DNA of 25,748 bases from Snowella sp. Lineage in GTDB: Bacteria > Cyanobacteriota > Cyanobacteriia > Cyanobacteriales > Microcystaceae. The stretch covers positions 1 to 25,748 of the forward strand of contig JAYKGY010000103.1 in the NCBI GenBank assembly GCA_035285545.1, in the 5' to 3' direction. Positions 9,427 to 18,053 of the stretch are shown here, piece by piece. Below the pieces are notes generated by a model. That model saw only the letters and a program-made list of their open reading frames with translations. It did no database searches and was not told where the DNA came from. Numbering within the stretch: the first letter of the stretch is position 1; each line of letters starts with the position of its first letter. The position numbers were made by a program, and so were the translations under genes.

Positions 9427-10340
9427 GCTGCAATCTGCTCAGGATTATTGAGGTTAGCAATAATTTCCCGATTAACGGTAATGTAACCCTGTCCTAAATG
9501 GCGGTAGTGTTCCCGTAATTTTTCGTGGGCAGCCGGTAGTAAATAAAAGGGAATGGAAGGGTAAAGATGGTGTTCTGTATGTAGTGGAATATTCCACATG
9601 AAATAACATAAAAATGGCAGCGTTAAGGTCGTGCGAGTATTAATTAAACCATTAGAATCATTGGCACAGCCAGTATGCTCACTCAGCAAAATGAAGCGTA
9701 AAAACGGTTGACCGACGGCAAGGGGAATGAGCCAATAAATCAAAAACCAAGGTTGTTTAAAAGCCACAGAAATAGCGATCGCGCTTAAATAAACCAATAA
9801 TTGTATCCGCGTTGAAAGAATCACGGCTTGTCGTTGCGTTTCGGGAATGTAGGGATAAGCTTCGACTTTGCCCAATGCTACCCGAAAATGGGTTTTAATT
9901 TTGCCAATCCACCAAGGAATGCCACTCATTTCTAACCAATATTCAAATAAATTACTCGGTTTGGGATCGCCCAGTTCTGGATCTTTGCCTGGGATTTGGG
10001 TGTAACGGTGATGCCATTTATGGTACTGACGATAGAAGGTCGCGTTATAAAAAGACAGTAGCCCCGCCAGCCAACAGACCACATCATTCAATTGGTTATT
10101 GGCAAAAACAGTACGATGGGAGCATTCATGTAGTGGCGCAAACATGATGGCAAAGGTGAAACCGTAAATCAGCAGGGCAGGCAGGGCAATATACCAGCGA
10201 TCGCTGTTTAAATTAGTTACCCAGAGATAGCCAGAAATTCCCATCACCCCTAAGTGCAAAGCCAAACGCAGTAATCCTTGCGGGGTGGAACGAACATTGA
10301 GAGCTTTGAGATCTTCTACTGACAAAATTTGATTGGGCAT
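9423..10340 (-). CDS. Membrane di-iron desaturase-superfamily enzyme, MocD (rhizopine oxygenase)-like
   Basis: Three His boxes (HECSH, HKWHH, HTEHH), several TM segments, and HHRYTQIPGKDPEL, EHTGC, NTRTTLT and WNxxxHxEHHLYPSIPF segments that I recognise from the MocD-like subfamily. Confidence 0.8.
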   Translation of the reverse strand: MPNQILSVEDLKALNVRSTPQGLLRLALHLGVMGISGYLWVTNLNSDRWYIALPALLIYGFTFAIMFAPLHECSHRTVFANNQLNDVVCWLAGLLSFYNATFYRQYHKWHHRYTQIPGKDPELGDPKPSNLFEYWLEMSGIPWWIGKIKTHFRVALGKVEAYPYIPETQRQAVILSTRIQLLVYLSAIAISVAFKQPWFLIYWLIPLAVGQPFLRFILLSEHTGCANDSNGLINTRTTLTLPFLCYFMWNIPLHTEHHLYPSIPFYLLPAAHEKLREHYRHLGQGYITVNREIIANLNNPEQIAA

Positions 10341-10514
10341 CGTGCAGAGGGAGATGAAGTCTTGATTTCGTTATGTATTTTGGCTTCTTAATGCAGGAAA
10401 AACAAGGCCTAAATCCATGATTGTTAATGGTTCTAGATAATTGGATGAATTCCCCGTTACCCCCGTTATTTAACGACCATTCGGTTAGAGATTACGAGGA
10501 ATCATCGCGATCGC

Positions 10515-10847
10515 TTAATTGGCTAATAATTGTTGCAACTGTAAAGCAGGTTCTAAGGTATTGATGTTAATATCGGTGACTACTGTTTCTTCCCCTATCT
10601 CGCAGTCATACACCACATACGTCCAAATCCCTGGGTTGCCAGCCTCTGCGCTTTCTGCTTCGTAAAAGGTGATGGTTCCATCGTCTTCGCATTCGTAATA
10701 AGCCGAATAGATATCATCCCATTCACAGTCGGAATTGTCTAAAATGTCTTGAATTGAGCCTAAAACACCCGTAATATGGTGCGGTTGAGTTTCGACTTGG
10801 ACTAACCGTTCTTCTTCCCATTCAAAGTTATGAAGTTCTAATGCCAT
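10515..10847 (-). CDS. Small, extremely acidic hypothetical protein (110 aa)
   Basis: Clean ORF from ATG 10847, co-oriented with its neighbours. It has 25 Asp/Glu, 1 Arg and 0 Lys. No family recognised. Confidence 0.75.
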   Translation of the reverse strand: MALELHNFEWEEERLVQVETQPHHITGVLGSIQDILDNSDCEWDDIYSAYYECEDDGTITFYEAESAEAGNPGIWTYVVYDCEIGEETVVTDININTLEPALQLQQLLAN

Positions 10848-10989
10848 GAGCAATGCCTTTTGTTGAGTTTGTTGCTATCAGTGTATTGCATTGCCTGGGA
10901 TTTCAGACAAAAAAAGACGGAAAACTTTTAGATTCTCCATCTCCTATTTGCGGCGATCGCCGAATTTTTTAAATGAATTTTCTTAAAGA

Positions 10990-11088
10990 TTAAATAATTT
11001 TGGCTGCTCGGAGACCATAGAGTAAGCCGAGAGTAATTCCGGTAAAAACAACGAGGTAGGCAATAAAAACACCAAAGCCACCGACCAT
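10990..11088 (-). CDS. petL: Cytochrome b6f subunit PetL (32 aa; not in the ORF track)
   Basis: Translates to MVGGFGVFIAYLVVFTGITLGLLYGLRAAKII*, a single TM helix ending GLRxxKxI, divergent from aroB. Confidence 0.9.
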   Translation of the reverse strand: MVGGFGVFIAYLVVFTGITLGLLYGLRAAKII

Positions 11089-11168
11089 AAACGTTAAACC
11101 TCTTCTTACTAAAATCAATTCTTTGCTATTGTACTTTCCAAGGCCCCCTGAGTGATCATTCAAATTTT

Positions 11169-12260
11169 ATGTCTTCTATTATTCCTGTTCCCTTACCCCA
11201 AAGTCCCTACGAAATTATTACGGCTGCTGGTGAGTTGTCGAATCTCGGTCATTCTCTCAGCCAACTCAAACTGGGGAAAAAAGTTTTATTAGTTTCTAAT
11301 CCCGAAATTTTTGATTTTTACGGAGAGATTGCTGTTAATTCTCTGACTAAAGCAGGTTTTGCCGTTTCTGTTCACCTCATTCCTGCGGGCGAAACCCATA
11401 AAACCCTCGACGCGATCGCCAAAATTTACGATACGGCTTTAGAAAAACGCCTCGAACGTTCCTCTACGATGGTGGCTTTAGGGGGTGGCGTTGTCGGAGA
11501 TATGACGGGCTTTGCGGCGGCGACCTGGTTACGGGGCATTAACTTTGTTCAAGTTCCTACGACACTGTTAGCAATGGTTGATGCTTCCATTGGGGGTAAA
11601 ACAGGCGTTAATCATCCCCAGGGGAAGAACCTGATTGGAGCCTTTTATCAACCCCGTTTAGTCTTTATCGATCCATTAGTCTTGAAAACCTTACCTGAAC
11701 GGGAATTTCGCGCAGGGATGGCAGAGGTGATCAAATACGGCATTATTTGGGATCGGGATTTATTCGAGCAATTGGAACAGGCGACGAGTTTAAAAACCTT
11801 AGCCGATTTACCCGAATCTCTGCTAGAAACAATTATTACCCGTTCCTGCCAAGCCAAAGTAGATGTGGTGAGCCAGGATGAAAAAGAATCCGGTATTCGA
11901 GCGATTTTGAACTATGGACACACCATTGGCCACGCGGTCGAAAGTTTAACGGGTTATAGCCAAGTGAATCACGGAGAAGCGGTCGCGATCGGAATGGTTG
12001 CGGCGGGAGAAATTGCGGTAACAATGGGGCTATGGAATCGGGACGAAGCGGAACGACAACGGGTATTAATCGAAAAAACAGGATTACCGACTCAGGTTCC
12101 TAACGAATTAGATACCAATGCCATTATTGACACCCTGCAAACTGATAAAAAGGTCAAGTCAGGTAAGGTGCGCTTTATTCTGCCCACAGCGATTGGGAAA
12201 GTGATTATTACTGATGAAGTCACAACGGAAATTCTGCAAGCCGTTTTGAGTCAACCCTAA
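11169..12260 (+). CDS. aroB: 3-dehydroquinate synthase
   Basis: [59 protein letters not shown] and HGEAVAIGM. Confidence 0.97.
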   Translation: MSSIIPVPLPQSPYEIITAAGELSNLGHSLSQLKLGKKVLLVSNPEIFDFYGEIAVNSLTKAGFAVSVHLIPAGETHKTLDAIAKIYDTALEKRLERSSTMVALGGGVVGDMTGFAAATWLRGINFVQVPTTLLAMVDASIGGKTGVNHPQGKNLIGAFYQPRLVFIDPLVLKTLPEREFRAGMAEVIKYGIIWDRDLFEQLEQATSLKTLADLPESLLETIITRSCQAKVDVVSQDEKESGIRAILNYGHTIGHAVESLTGYSQVNHGEAVAIGMVAAGEIAVTMGLWNRDEAERQRVLIEKTGLPTQVPNELDTNAIIDTLQTDKKVKSGKVRFILPTAIGKVIITDEVTTEILQAVLSQP

Positions 12261-13249
12261 TTATCATTCGCTGTACCAATGAGGTAAAGTAAGGCCATAC
12301 GAATCGCCACGCCACTAGTCACCTGTTGCTGAATCAGGCTAAATTGCGGATCATCCATTAAATCCGAGCTAATTTCTACTCCTCGGTTAACCGGGCCAGG
12401 GTGAAGAACTTTTACACCAGGACGGCAAACTTTGAGGCGATCGCGGGTAATTCCAAAATATTGATGATATTCTCGTAAACTGGGTAACAGGTGGCCCGTC
12501 ATGCGTTCTTTTTGTAAACGGAGGGTCATGACAAAATCGGCATCTACTAACGCGGGTTCGAGTTCCCAGTGGAGGGTTAAACTGCCTGTTTGGTGGGGCC
12601 CTTTCATCCCTGAGAATAGGGTCGGTAACAATGTGGGAGGCCCTGCAAGATGAACATCGGCTCCTGCGGCGGTCAAACTCCAAATATTGGAACGGGCGAC
12701 ACGGGAATGGAGAATATCCCCAACAATAGCGATTTTTTTGCCTTTTAATAGGTCTACGTTAGGTTTGTCGTAATCTAGTAGGGTGCAAATGGTATATAAA
12801 TCTAACAAAGCTTGGGAAGGGTGTTCGTGTTGACCATCACCCGCATTAAGAACCTTAACGCCCGATTCTAGGCGATCCATTTCGGAGGCAATGAATTGGG
12901 GAACCCCTGCTTGTTGATGGCGGATCACCATGATATCGGCTCCCATCGCTAAATAGGTTTTGGCCGTATCTAAAATGGTTTCCCCTTTGGTCAGGGAAGA
13001 ACTCCCAGGCGCGAAATTCATCACATCCGCCGATAAGCGTTTAGCCGCTAACTCAAAACTACTGCGGGTTCGAGTCGAAGGCTCAAAGAATAAATTGGTT
13101 ACCACCTGACCCTGGAGGGCGGGCACTTTTTTGGTACGACCGGCTAATACTTCCCGCAAACTCGAAGCGGTTTGTAAAACAATGTCATATTCAGCCGCTG
13201 TCCAATCGGCCAAGTCTAAAATGTGCGATCGCGTCCAAGTAACAGCCAT
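12257..13249 (-). CDS. pyrB: Aspartate carbamoyltransferase catalytic subunit
   Basis: [46 protein letters not shown] and HPGPVNRG. Its stop overlaps the aroB stop by 4 bp. Confidence 0.97.
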   Translation of the reverse strand: MAVTWTRSHILDLADWTAAEYDIVLQTASSLREVLAGRTKKVPALQGQVVTNLFFEPSTRTRSSFELAAKRLSADVMNFAPGSSSLTKGETILDTAKTYLAMGADIMVIRHQQAGVPQFIASEMDRLESGVKVLNAGDGQHEHPSQALLDLYTICTLLDYDKPNVDLLKGKKIAIVGDILHSRVARSNIWSLTAAGADVHLAGPPTLLPTLFSGMKGPHQTGSLTLHWELEPALVDADFVMTLRLQKERMTGHLLPSLREYHQYFGITRDRLKVCRPGVKVLHPGPVNRGVEISSDLMDDPQFSLIQQQVTSGVAIRMALLYLIGTANDN

Positions 13250-13410
13250 ACCTTTAATTATTCAAAATTTAACAACCTGGTTAAAGCCCCTCACCATCAT
13301 AACTTTTAAGAATTGACTTTTAACCGTTGATTTTTCCCCAGAATCTAAGACTCCTATGCTATTCTATGTATCGGATCACCCCTCAAAAGGGCCAGTTGCA
13401 GCTAATTCGT

Positions 13411-14121
13411 ATGACTAATCTTGCGGCTATTCATAAGTGTCTGTTCGCGATCGCGCTCCTGCTCGTTCCGATGCCCAATACCTTGGCTCAACAGGGTTCT
13501 TCTAGCCCTTCCTCTGCCTCTTCCCCGGAGACAACCGAAAGCGCAACGAATATCATTTCCCCTAGCACCGGAATTAACTATTCTCTCCTACGCAATCTCC
13601 TGGCTGCCGAGCAATGGCGACAAGCCAACGACGAAACCCGACGGCTCATGTTAAAAGCGGCCAAACGAGAACAACAAGGTTGGTTAACCGTACAGGATAT
13701 TGAGAACCTTCCGTGTTGGGACTTGCAAACGATGAATAATCTTTGGAAGCAATACTCAGGGGGTCGCTTCGGCTTCAGTATTCAATATCCCATTTTTGTG
13801 AATACGGGAAATCGGCCAGGGCGTTTAATGGCTCCTGATGCCTATGATCGATTTGGAACCCAAGTGGGTTGGCGACAAAATAATGAATGGATTTTATTTA
13901 AGCAGGGTTTAAATTTTTCTTTGGATGCGCCCATCGGCCATCTTCCCAATCCCAGAGATGAATATCAAATCAACGGCGGACGCTTGGAATATACCAATTT
14001 AATGAAACGAATCAGTGATTGTAAAATGGTTGCCAATCCTGCGTCAGTTAAACCGGCTCCCAGTTCGGTGAATAAACCCAAAACGAATACCTTGCCGTCA
14101 GGTATGGCACCGAAGAAATAA
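13411..14121 (+). CDS. GUN4-like domain protein with a predicted N-terminal signal peptide
   Basis: GINYSLLRNLLAAEQWRQANDET, PCWDLQTMNNLWKQYSGGRFGFSIQ, VGWR and APIGHLP. ATG 13411 gives the signal-like MTNLAAIHKCLFAIALLLVPMPNTLA. Confidence 0.85.
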   Translation: MTNLAAIHKCLFAIALLLVPMPNTLAQQGSSSPSSASSPETTESATNIISPSTGINYSLLRNLLAAEQWRQANDETRRLMLKAAKREQQGWLTVQDIENLPCWDLQTMNNLWKQYSGGRFGFSIQYPIFVNTGNRPGRLMAPDAYDRFGTQVGWRQNNEWILFKQGLNFSLDAPIGHLPNPRDEYQINGGRLEYTNLMKRISDCKMVANPASVKPAPSSVNKPKTNTLPSGMAPKK

Positions 14122-14179
14122 TAAGGCTTAGCATTAGCTGTATTGAAAACTTTTCTTTTGTTTATTGACTTAAACCTGA

Positions 14180-17100
14180 TTATTTTTTTCTTCCCCATTG
14201 CTTGCAGTTTGCCGGTTTTGCCGCAGTTGTCGTAGCTAACTTTTGCTGGATATCGTCTTTAAAGATCGCTTTTTCCCAAAAACAGGCCGACTTAACTTGT
14301 TCCAAGGGAAGATTGGTCGCAGCAAAAAAGTCAGCATTGGTTAAATTTGCACCTTCTAGGATTACTTGACTTAAATCAGCCTCGGTAAAGGTTGCCTGGG
14401 TTAAATCCGCTTGCGCTAAATTTGCTTTGGTTAAATTGGCTCCTGTCAGATCAACGCCTAACAAGTTTGCCCCTTTTAAATTTGCCTGGGTTAAGTTTGC
14501 CTCCCCAAGTTTGGCTCCTATGAGGGTTGCTTGAGATAAATCAACTTGGTTTAAATTTGCGCCAGCTAAAGTTATCCGTATCAAAGTCGCCCCACCTAGA
14601 TTGGCATTGCTTAAATTCACCTGAGAAAAGTTCGCCCCCGTGAGGTAGCCTCCCGTTAATTTTGCATCAGTTAAATTTGCGCCGGTTAAGTTCGCGCTCG
14701 TTAGGTCGATTTGAGATAAATTGGCTGTCTTCAAGTCGGCATTAGAGAGATTGGCTCCTGTGAGGAATGATTCCATAAAGTTGCTATTGCTCAGATTAGC
14801 TTTCTGCAAATTGATATTTTGTAGATTCAAGTGTTTAAATTGTTGATTACTCAGAGAAACCCCCGCTTGGTTGAGGGCTTCTAAGGCTTTGATGCGGGGT
14901 AGACTTTCTCGTTTCCCTTGATTTTCGGCAATCACTTGCCAATGACGTTGGGTTTGACTGTAGCGGTAGAGTTGCCAACCGAGCAGAATTAAGCCAATAA
15001 CCGGAACAATACCGATTAAAACACTAAATTTAAGGCGATTATTGCGTTCAGTTTGACTGCTGGCTTGGATAAAGACTTCAGCCGCTTGGGAAAGGGGGTA
15101 GCGATCGCCCTGTTCCTGTTGAAATTTTTTGACCTCTTGCAATGCTTTGCCTGAAAGAAGATAACTTTTTTGGGTGTCTGCGGTGGAGGTTTGCCATTCC
15201 TTAGCCCGATCTTCAATATCCTGCTTTTGGCGTAGGGAGTCCTGACGTTCTTTGAGCCAATATTGCAATAGTCTCCAATGGTGGATCAAGGCTTCATGGG
15301 AAAGATAGAGCATGACCGGTTGTTCAAGACCGCCACTGCTGAGGGGAACAGGTTCCGTCACAATGAGTTGTTCATAAACCAACTTTTTAACTACTAAGTT
15401 AATCAATGCCAAGGTATACCGAGGGGTCACCAATTCCCGATTAATAACACCGCGTGCGTAGGGGACGGCCCCGAATCCCCCTTGAAATTGAATGAGTTCT
15501 AAAAAAATATATTGGGCTGTCTCTTGCTCAAGCTCCGATAACTGATAATAGGCAGCGGTTGCCTGTTGATCGAGGGCATTTTTCACGCCCCCTAATTGAC
15601 GATAGGTTGCCAGTCTTAACCCTTTTTCTAGTCGCTGTTGCCACAGTTGCCTTAAGGTGTATTGCACAAGGGGCAAGTTAACCCCACCGGAACGGCTATC
15701 TTTCAGGATTTCGCTCACTAAATCCGGCGGTAACTCTAGGTTTTTTGCTTTTGCGGGTTCAATAATAATTTCCTGCAACGTATTTTCATCCATTGGGGTG
15801 AGGGTAACCAGATGACGCTGCAAATAGGGGGTTAGCCGAGGATCGGGCAATTCTAAGCATTGACTGAAAAAATCAGACCGCATGGCGATCGCGAGCAAAA
15901 AGGGCGGATTGGCCGTAGGAGCCGTCTGAAGGCGATTATCCAGTGGAGGTAAATTTCCCAATAAACAATCTAAAAAGAGGGCTTGCTCTCGGCTATTTTG
16001 GCAAAGGGTAAAGAGTTCCTCAAATTGATCAATGATTAAGAGTAATCCCTGCGGGAAAAAAGCTTGTAATAATTGCCGGAACCCCTCTGCTCCGCCCTGA
16101 AGAAAAGTTTGCAGTTGATTGAGGTGCCGACTCCGTTCACTTGCCGCTAAATTCCCATCACATAGCGTCCAAACTAAATGGGTGAGGGGGCGATCGCCAG
16201 GATGAAACAAACGAATTGCTAAAGATTTACTGCCAGAAAACCCTTGACCGGCTTCCAGATTGGCCATTAACCCGGCCCGTAACAGAGAGGATTTCCCCCT
16301 ACCGGAATTCCCGACTAGGGCCACAAAATGGGATTGATATAATTTTTGTAATAACTGAGCCGTCACGTCACTCCGTCCATAAAAATCGGGAGCATTCGCC
16401 ACTTGAAAAGGCACTAAACCCGGATAGGGACAATCTAGGGAAGAAGCGGGGGCAGCAGGAGCCACTACAGGCGTGGGTTTGCGAGTCAGGGGGACGGGCT
16501 TGCCGAGATGCAAGTACATCAGGTTTTGCCGATATTCGCGGAGATAGTCCGAGACACATTCCGTCAAACGGAGCGAGGTGATTTCACTGTCCAAATGGTT
16601 AGCAGGATTGAGACCGTCTAGCAATGCAGGGGTTAAGGAGCCTGAATCGACTGTAATGGCGTTTTCTGCCAGCTTAAATCCTCGACGAGCCGCCAAAACG
16701 GAAAGGCTTCCCCCTGGGTTCGGGAGGAGTTGGTCAAACTTAAGGTCTAGGATTTCCCCATAACAGTAATCTACCCAAATTAAAATTTGAGGAATAGGAC
16801 TACTTTGAATAATGGCTTGTAACCATTGCAAACTGATGCCCCAACTCCCCTGGGCAGGATTTACGTCACTGGTGGCTAAAAATTCTTCGACAATTCCCTG
16901 ATTTTTGCGGAGGGCATGGCCCGTAAAGTACAGTAATGCTGTTTGCGGGACGCGATCGCCGTGGGGATGGAATAAATGGAGGATGGCATTTTCCAACTCC
17001 TTTTGGGTAACAGGCATTCGCTCCATGTTCACTTCAGGGGATGCGGCTCGATTCCCGTGCGGCAAAGACCGAACCTTAAAATTGCCGTATTCTGACAAAT

Positions 17101-17197
17101 ACTGTCTCAATTGACTATATTTTGCCATCTCATCTGGGAAAGGCGGCAAGACCTGATAGGTCTGAATATCAACAATCAGTGCGGTCTGGAGTTCCAT
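14180..17197 (-). CDS. Caspase-like (C14) domain + nSTAND1 NTPase + TM helix + pentapeptide-repeat protein (1005 aa)
   Basis: N-terminal LLYFTGHA and IWVDYCYG; CPYPGLVPF...FYGR; Walker A GNSGRGKSS; Walker B LLIIDQFEELF; MRSDF; LPLVQY; HEALIHHW; TM segment FSVLIGIVPVIGLILLGW; C-terminal A(N/D)Lxx repeats. Confidence 0.88.
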   Translation of the reverse strand: MELQTALIVDIQTYQVLPPFPDEMAKYSQLRQYLSEYGNFKVRSLPHGNRAASPEVNMERMPVTQKELENAILHLFHPHGDRVPQTALLYFTGHALRKNQGIVEEFLATSDVNPAQGSWGISLQWLQAIIQSSPIPQILIWVDYCYGEILDLKFDQLLPNPGGSLSVLAARRGFKLAENAITVDSGSLTPALLDGLNPANHLDSEITSLRLTECVSDYLREYRQNLMYLHLGKPVPLTRKPTPVVAPAAPASSLDCPYPGLVPFQVANAPDFYGRSDVTAQLLQKLYQSHFVALVGNSGRGKSSLLRAGLMANLEAGQGFSGSKSLAIRLFHPGDRPLTHLVWTLCDGNLAASERSRHLNQLQTFLQGGAEGFRQLLQAFFPQGLLLIIDQFEELFTLCQNSREQALFLDCLLGNLPPLDNRLQTAPTANPPFLLAIAMRSDFFSQCLELPDPRLTPYLQRHLVTLTPMDENTLQEIIIEPAKAKNLELPPDLVSEILKDSRSGGVNLPLVQYTLRQLWQQRLEKGLRLATYRQLGGVKNALDQQATAAYYQLSELEQETAQYIFLELIQFQGGFGAVPYARGVINRELVTPRYTLALINLVVKKLVYEQLIVTEPVPLSSGGLEQPVMLYLSHEALIHHWRLLQYWLKERQDSLRQKQDIEDRAKEWQTSTADTQKSYLLSGKALQEVKKFQQEQGDRYPLSQAAEVFIQASSQTERNNRLKFSVLIGIVPVIGLILLGWQLYRYSQTQRHWQVIAENQGKRESLPRIKALEALNQAGVSLSNQQFKHLNLQNINLQKANLSNSNFMESFLTGANLSNADLKTANLSQIDLTSANLTGANLTDAKLTGGYLTGANFSQVNLSNANLGGATLIRITLAGANLNQVDLSQATLIGAKLGEANLTQANLKGANLLGVDLTGANLTKANLAQADLTQATFTEADLSQVILEGANLTNADFFAATNLPLEQVKSACFWEKAIFKDDIQQKLATTTAAKPANCKQWGRKK
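14330..14850 (-). repeat. Pentapeptide-repeat coding tract (about 30 or more A(N/D)LxX units; boundaries approximate)
   Basis: The translation ...ANLSNSNFMESFLTGANLSNADLKTANLSQIDLTSANLTGANLTD... shows 15-nt periodicity. Confidence 0.9.
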
Positions 17198-17403
17198 AAA
17201 CGGGAATAGGGAGAATTAAAGGCTCAAAAGCTCAAAATTAACGAATCAATGGAGAAACGTCTTGAATCTAAACGCTCAGTCAGTGAAGAATCGTTACTGT
17301 ACGAAGACTCAACTCCTGCTAGTGAGTATCCTAATTAAATTGCTTATTTTTAGCAAAAAAACATCAAGGTACAGACAAGGAAAAAAAGAACTTATCTCGA
17401 TTT

Positions 17404-17454
17404 GTTACAGTTCTTGACAAAGTGATGAGAGAAAGCCGTTCTCAGTGATACGAT
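17404..17454 (+). promoter_or_regulatory. psaD promoter: HLR1-like (RpaB) direct repeat and extended -10
   Basis: GTTACAGT-TC-TTGACAAA at 17404-17421 matches (G/T)TTACA(T/A)(T/A)-N2-repeat. TGA-TACGAT lies at 17446-17454. RpaB/HLR1 control of PSI genes is established in Synechocystis. Confidence 0.6.
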
Positions 17455-17477
17455 CCCCTAAAATACCTTTGTAATGA

Positions 17478-17915
<438 letters not shown>

Positions 17916-17926
17916 TTTTCAATGAA

Positions 17927-18028
17927 CCCTGATTCGGTGGATAGTTAATAGTGAATAGTTGATAGTGAATAGTAAATAATTTTATGCTCATTATCAATTT
18001 TTATTATTTAACCGTTCACTGATCAGGG
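17927..18028 (+). repeat. Long imperfect inverted repeat whose left arm is made of tandem heptamers (STRR-like TNNATAG); possible terminator or processing stem
   Basis: Heptamers TGGATAG TTAATAG TGAATAG TTGATAG TGAATAG TAAATAA (17938-17979). The arms close with CCCTGAT (17927) and ATCAGGG (18022-18028). Confidence 0.7.
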
Positions 18029-18053
18029 ACTTTGAGTCTAAAGCCTTTAAATC

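Noticed and set aside
9423..10340. Calling this gene an acyl-lipid desaturase (desA/B/C/D) or crtR
   Set aside because: The His boxes are shared by the whole superfamily, but the flanking motifs (HHRYTQIPGKDPEL, EHTGC, NTRTT) and the gene context fit the MocD-like branch better.
10341..10514. Riboswitch (glutamine or guanidine) in the leader of the oxygenase operon
   Set aside because: I could not identify the conserved sequence or stems of these classes by eye; an Rfam/Infernal scan would be decisive.
12257..12260. 4-bp overlap of the convergent aroB and pyrB stops
   Set aside because: A common compact arrangement with no further evidence of antisense regulation.
16216..17114. Short alternative-frame or antisense ORFs inside the STAND gene (and similar ones inside pilB, aroB, pyrB, psaD, the aldo/keto reductase, cysK and the SLH gene)
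   Set aside because: They overlap well-supported genes, have no motifs and are of lengths expected by chance.
17938..17979. CRISPR-like array
   Set aside because: These are 7-bp tandem units without spacers, and there are no cas genes in the window.
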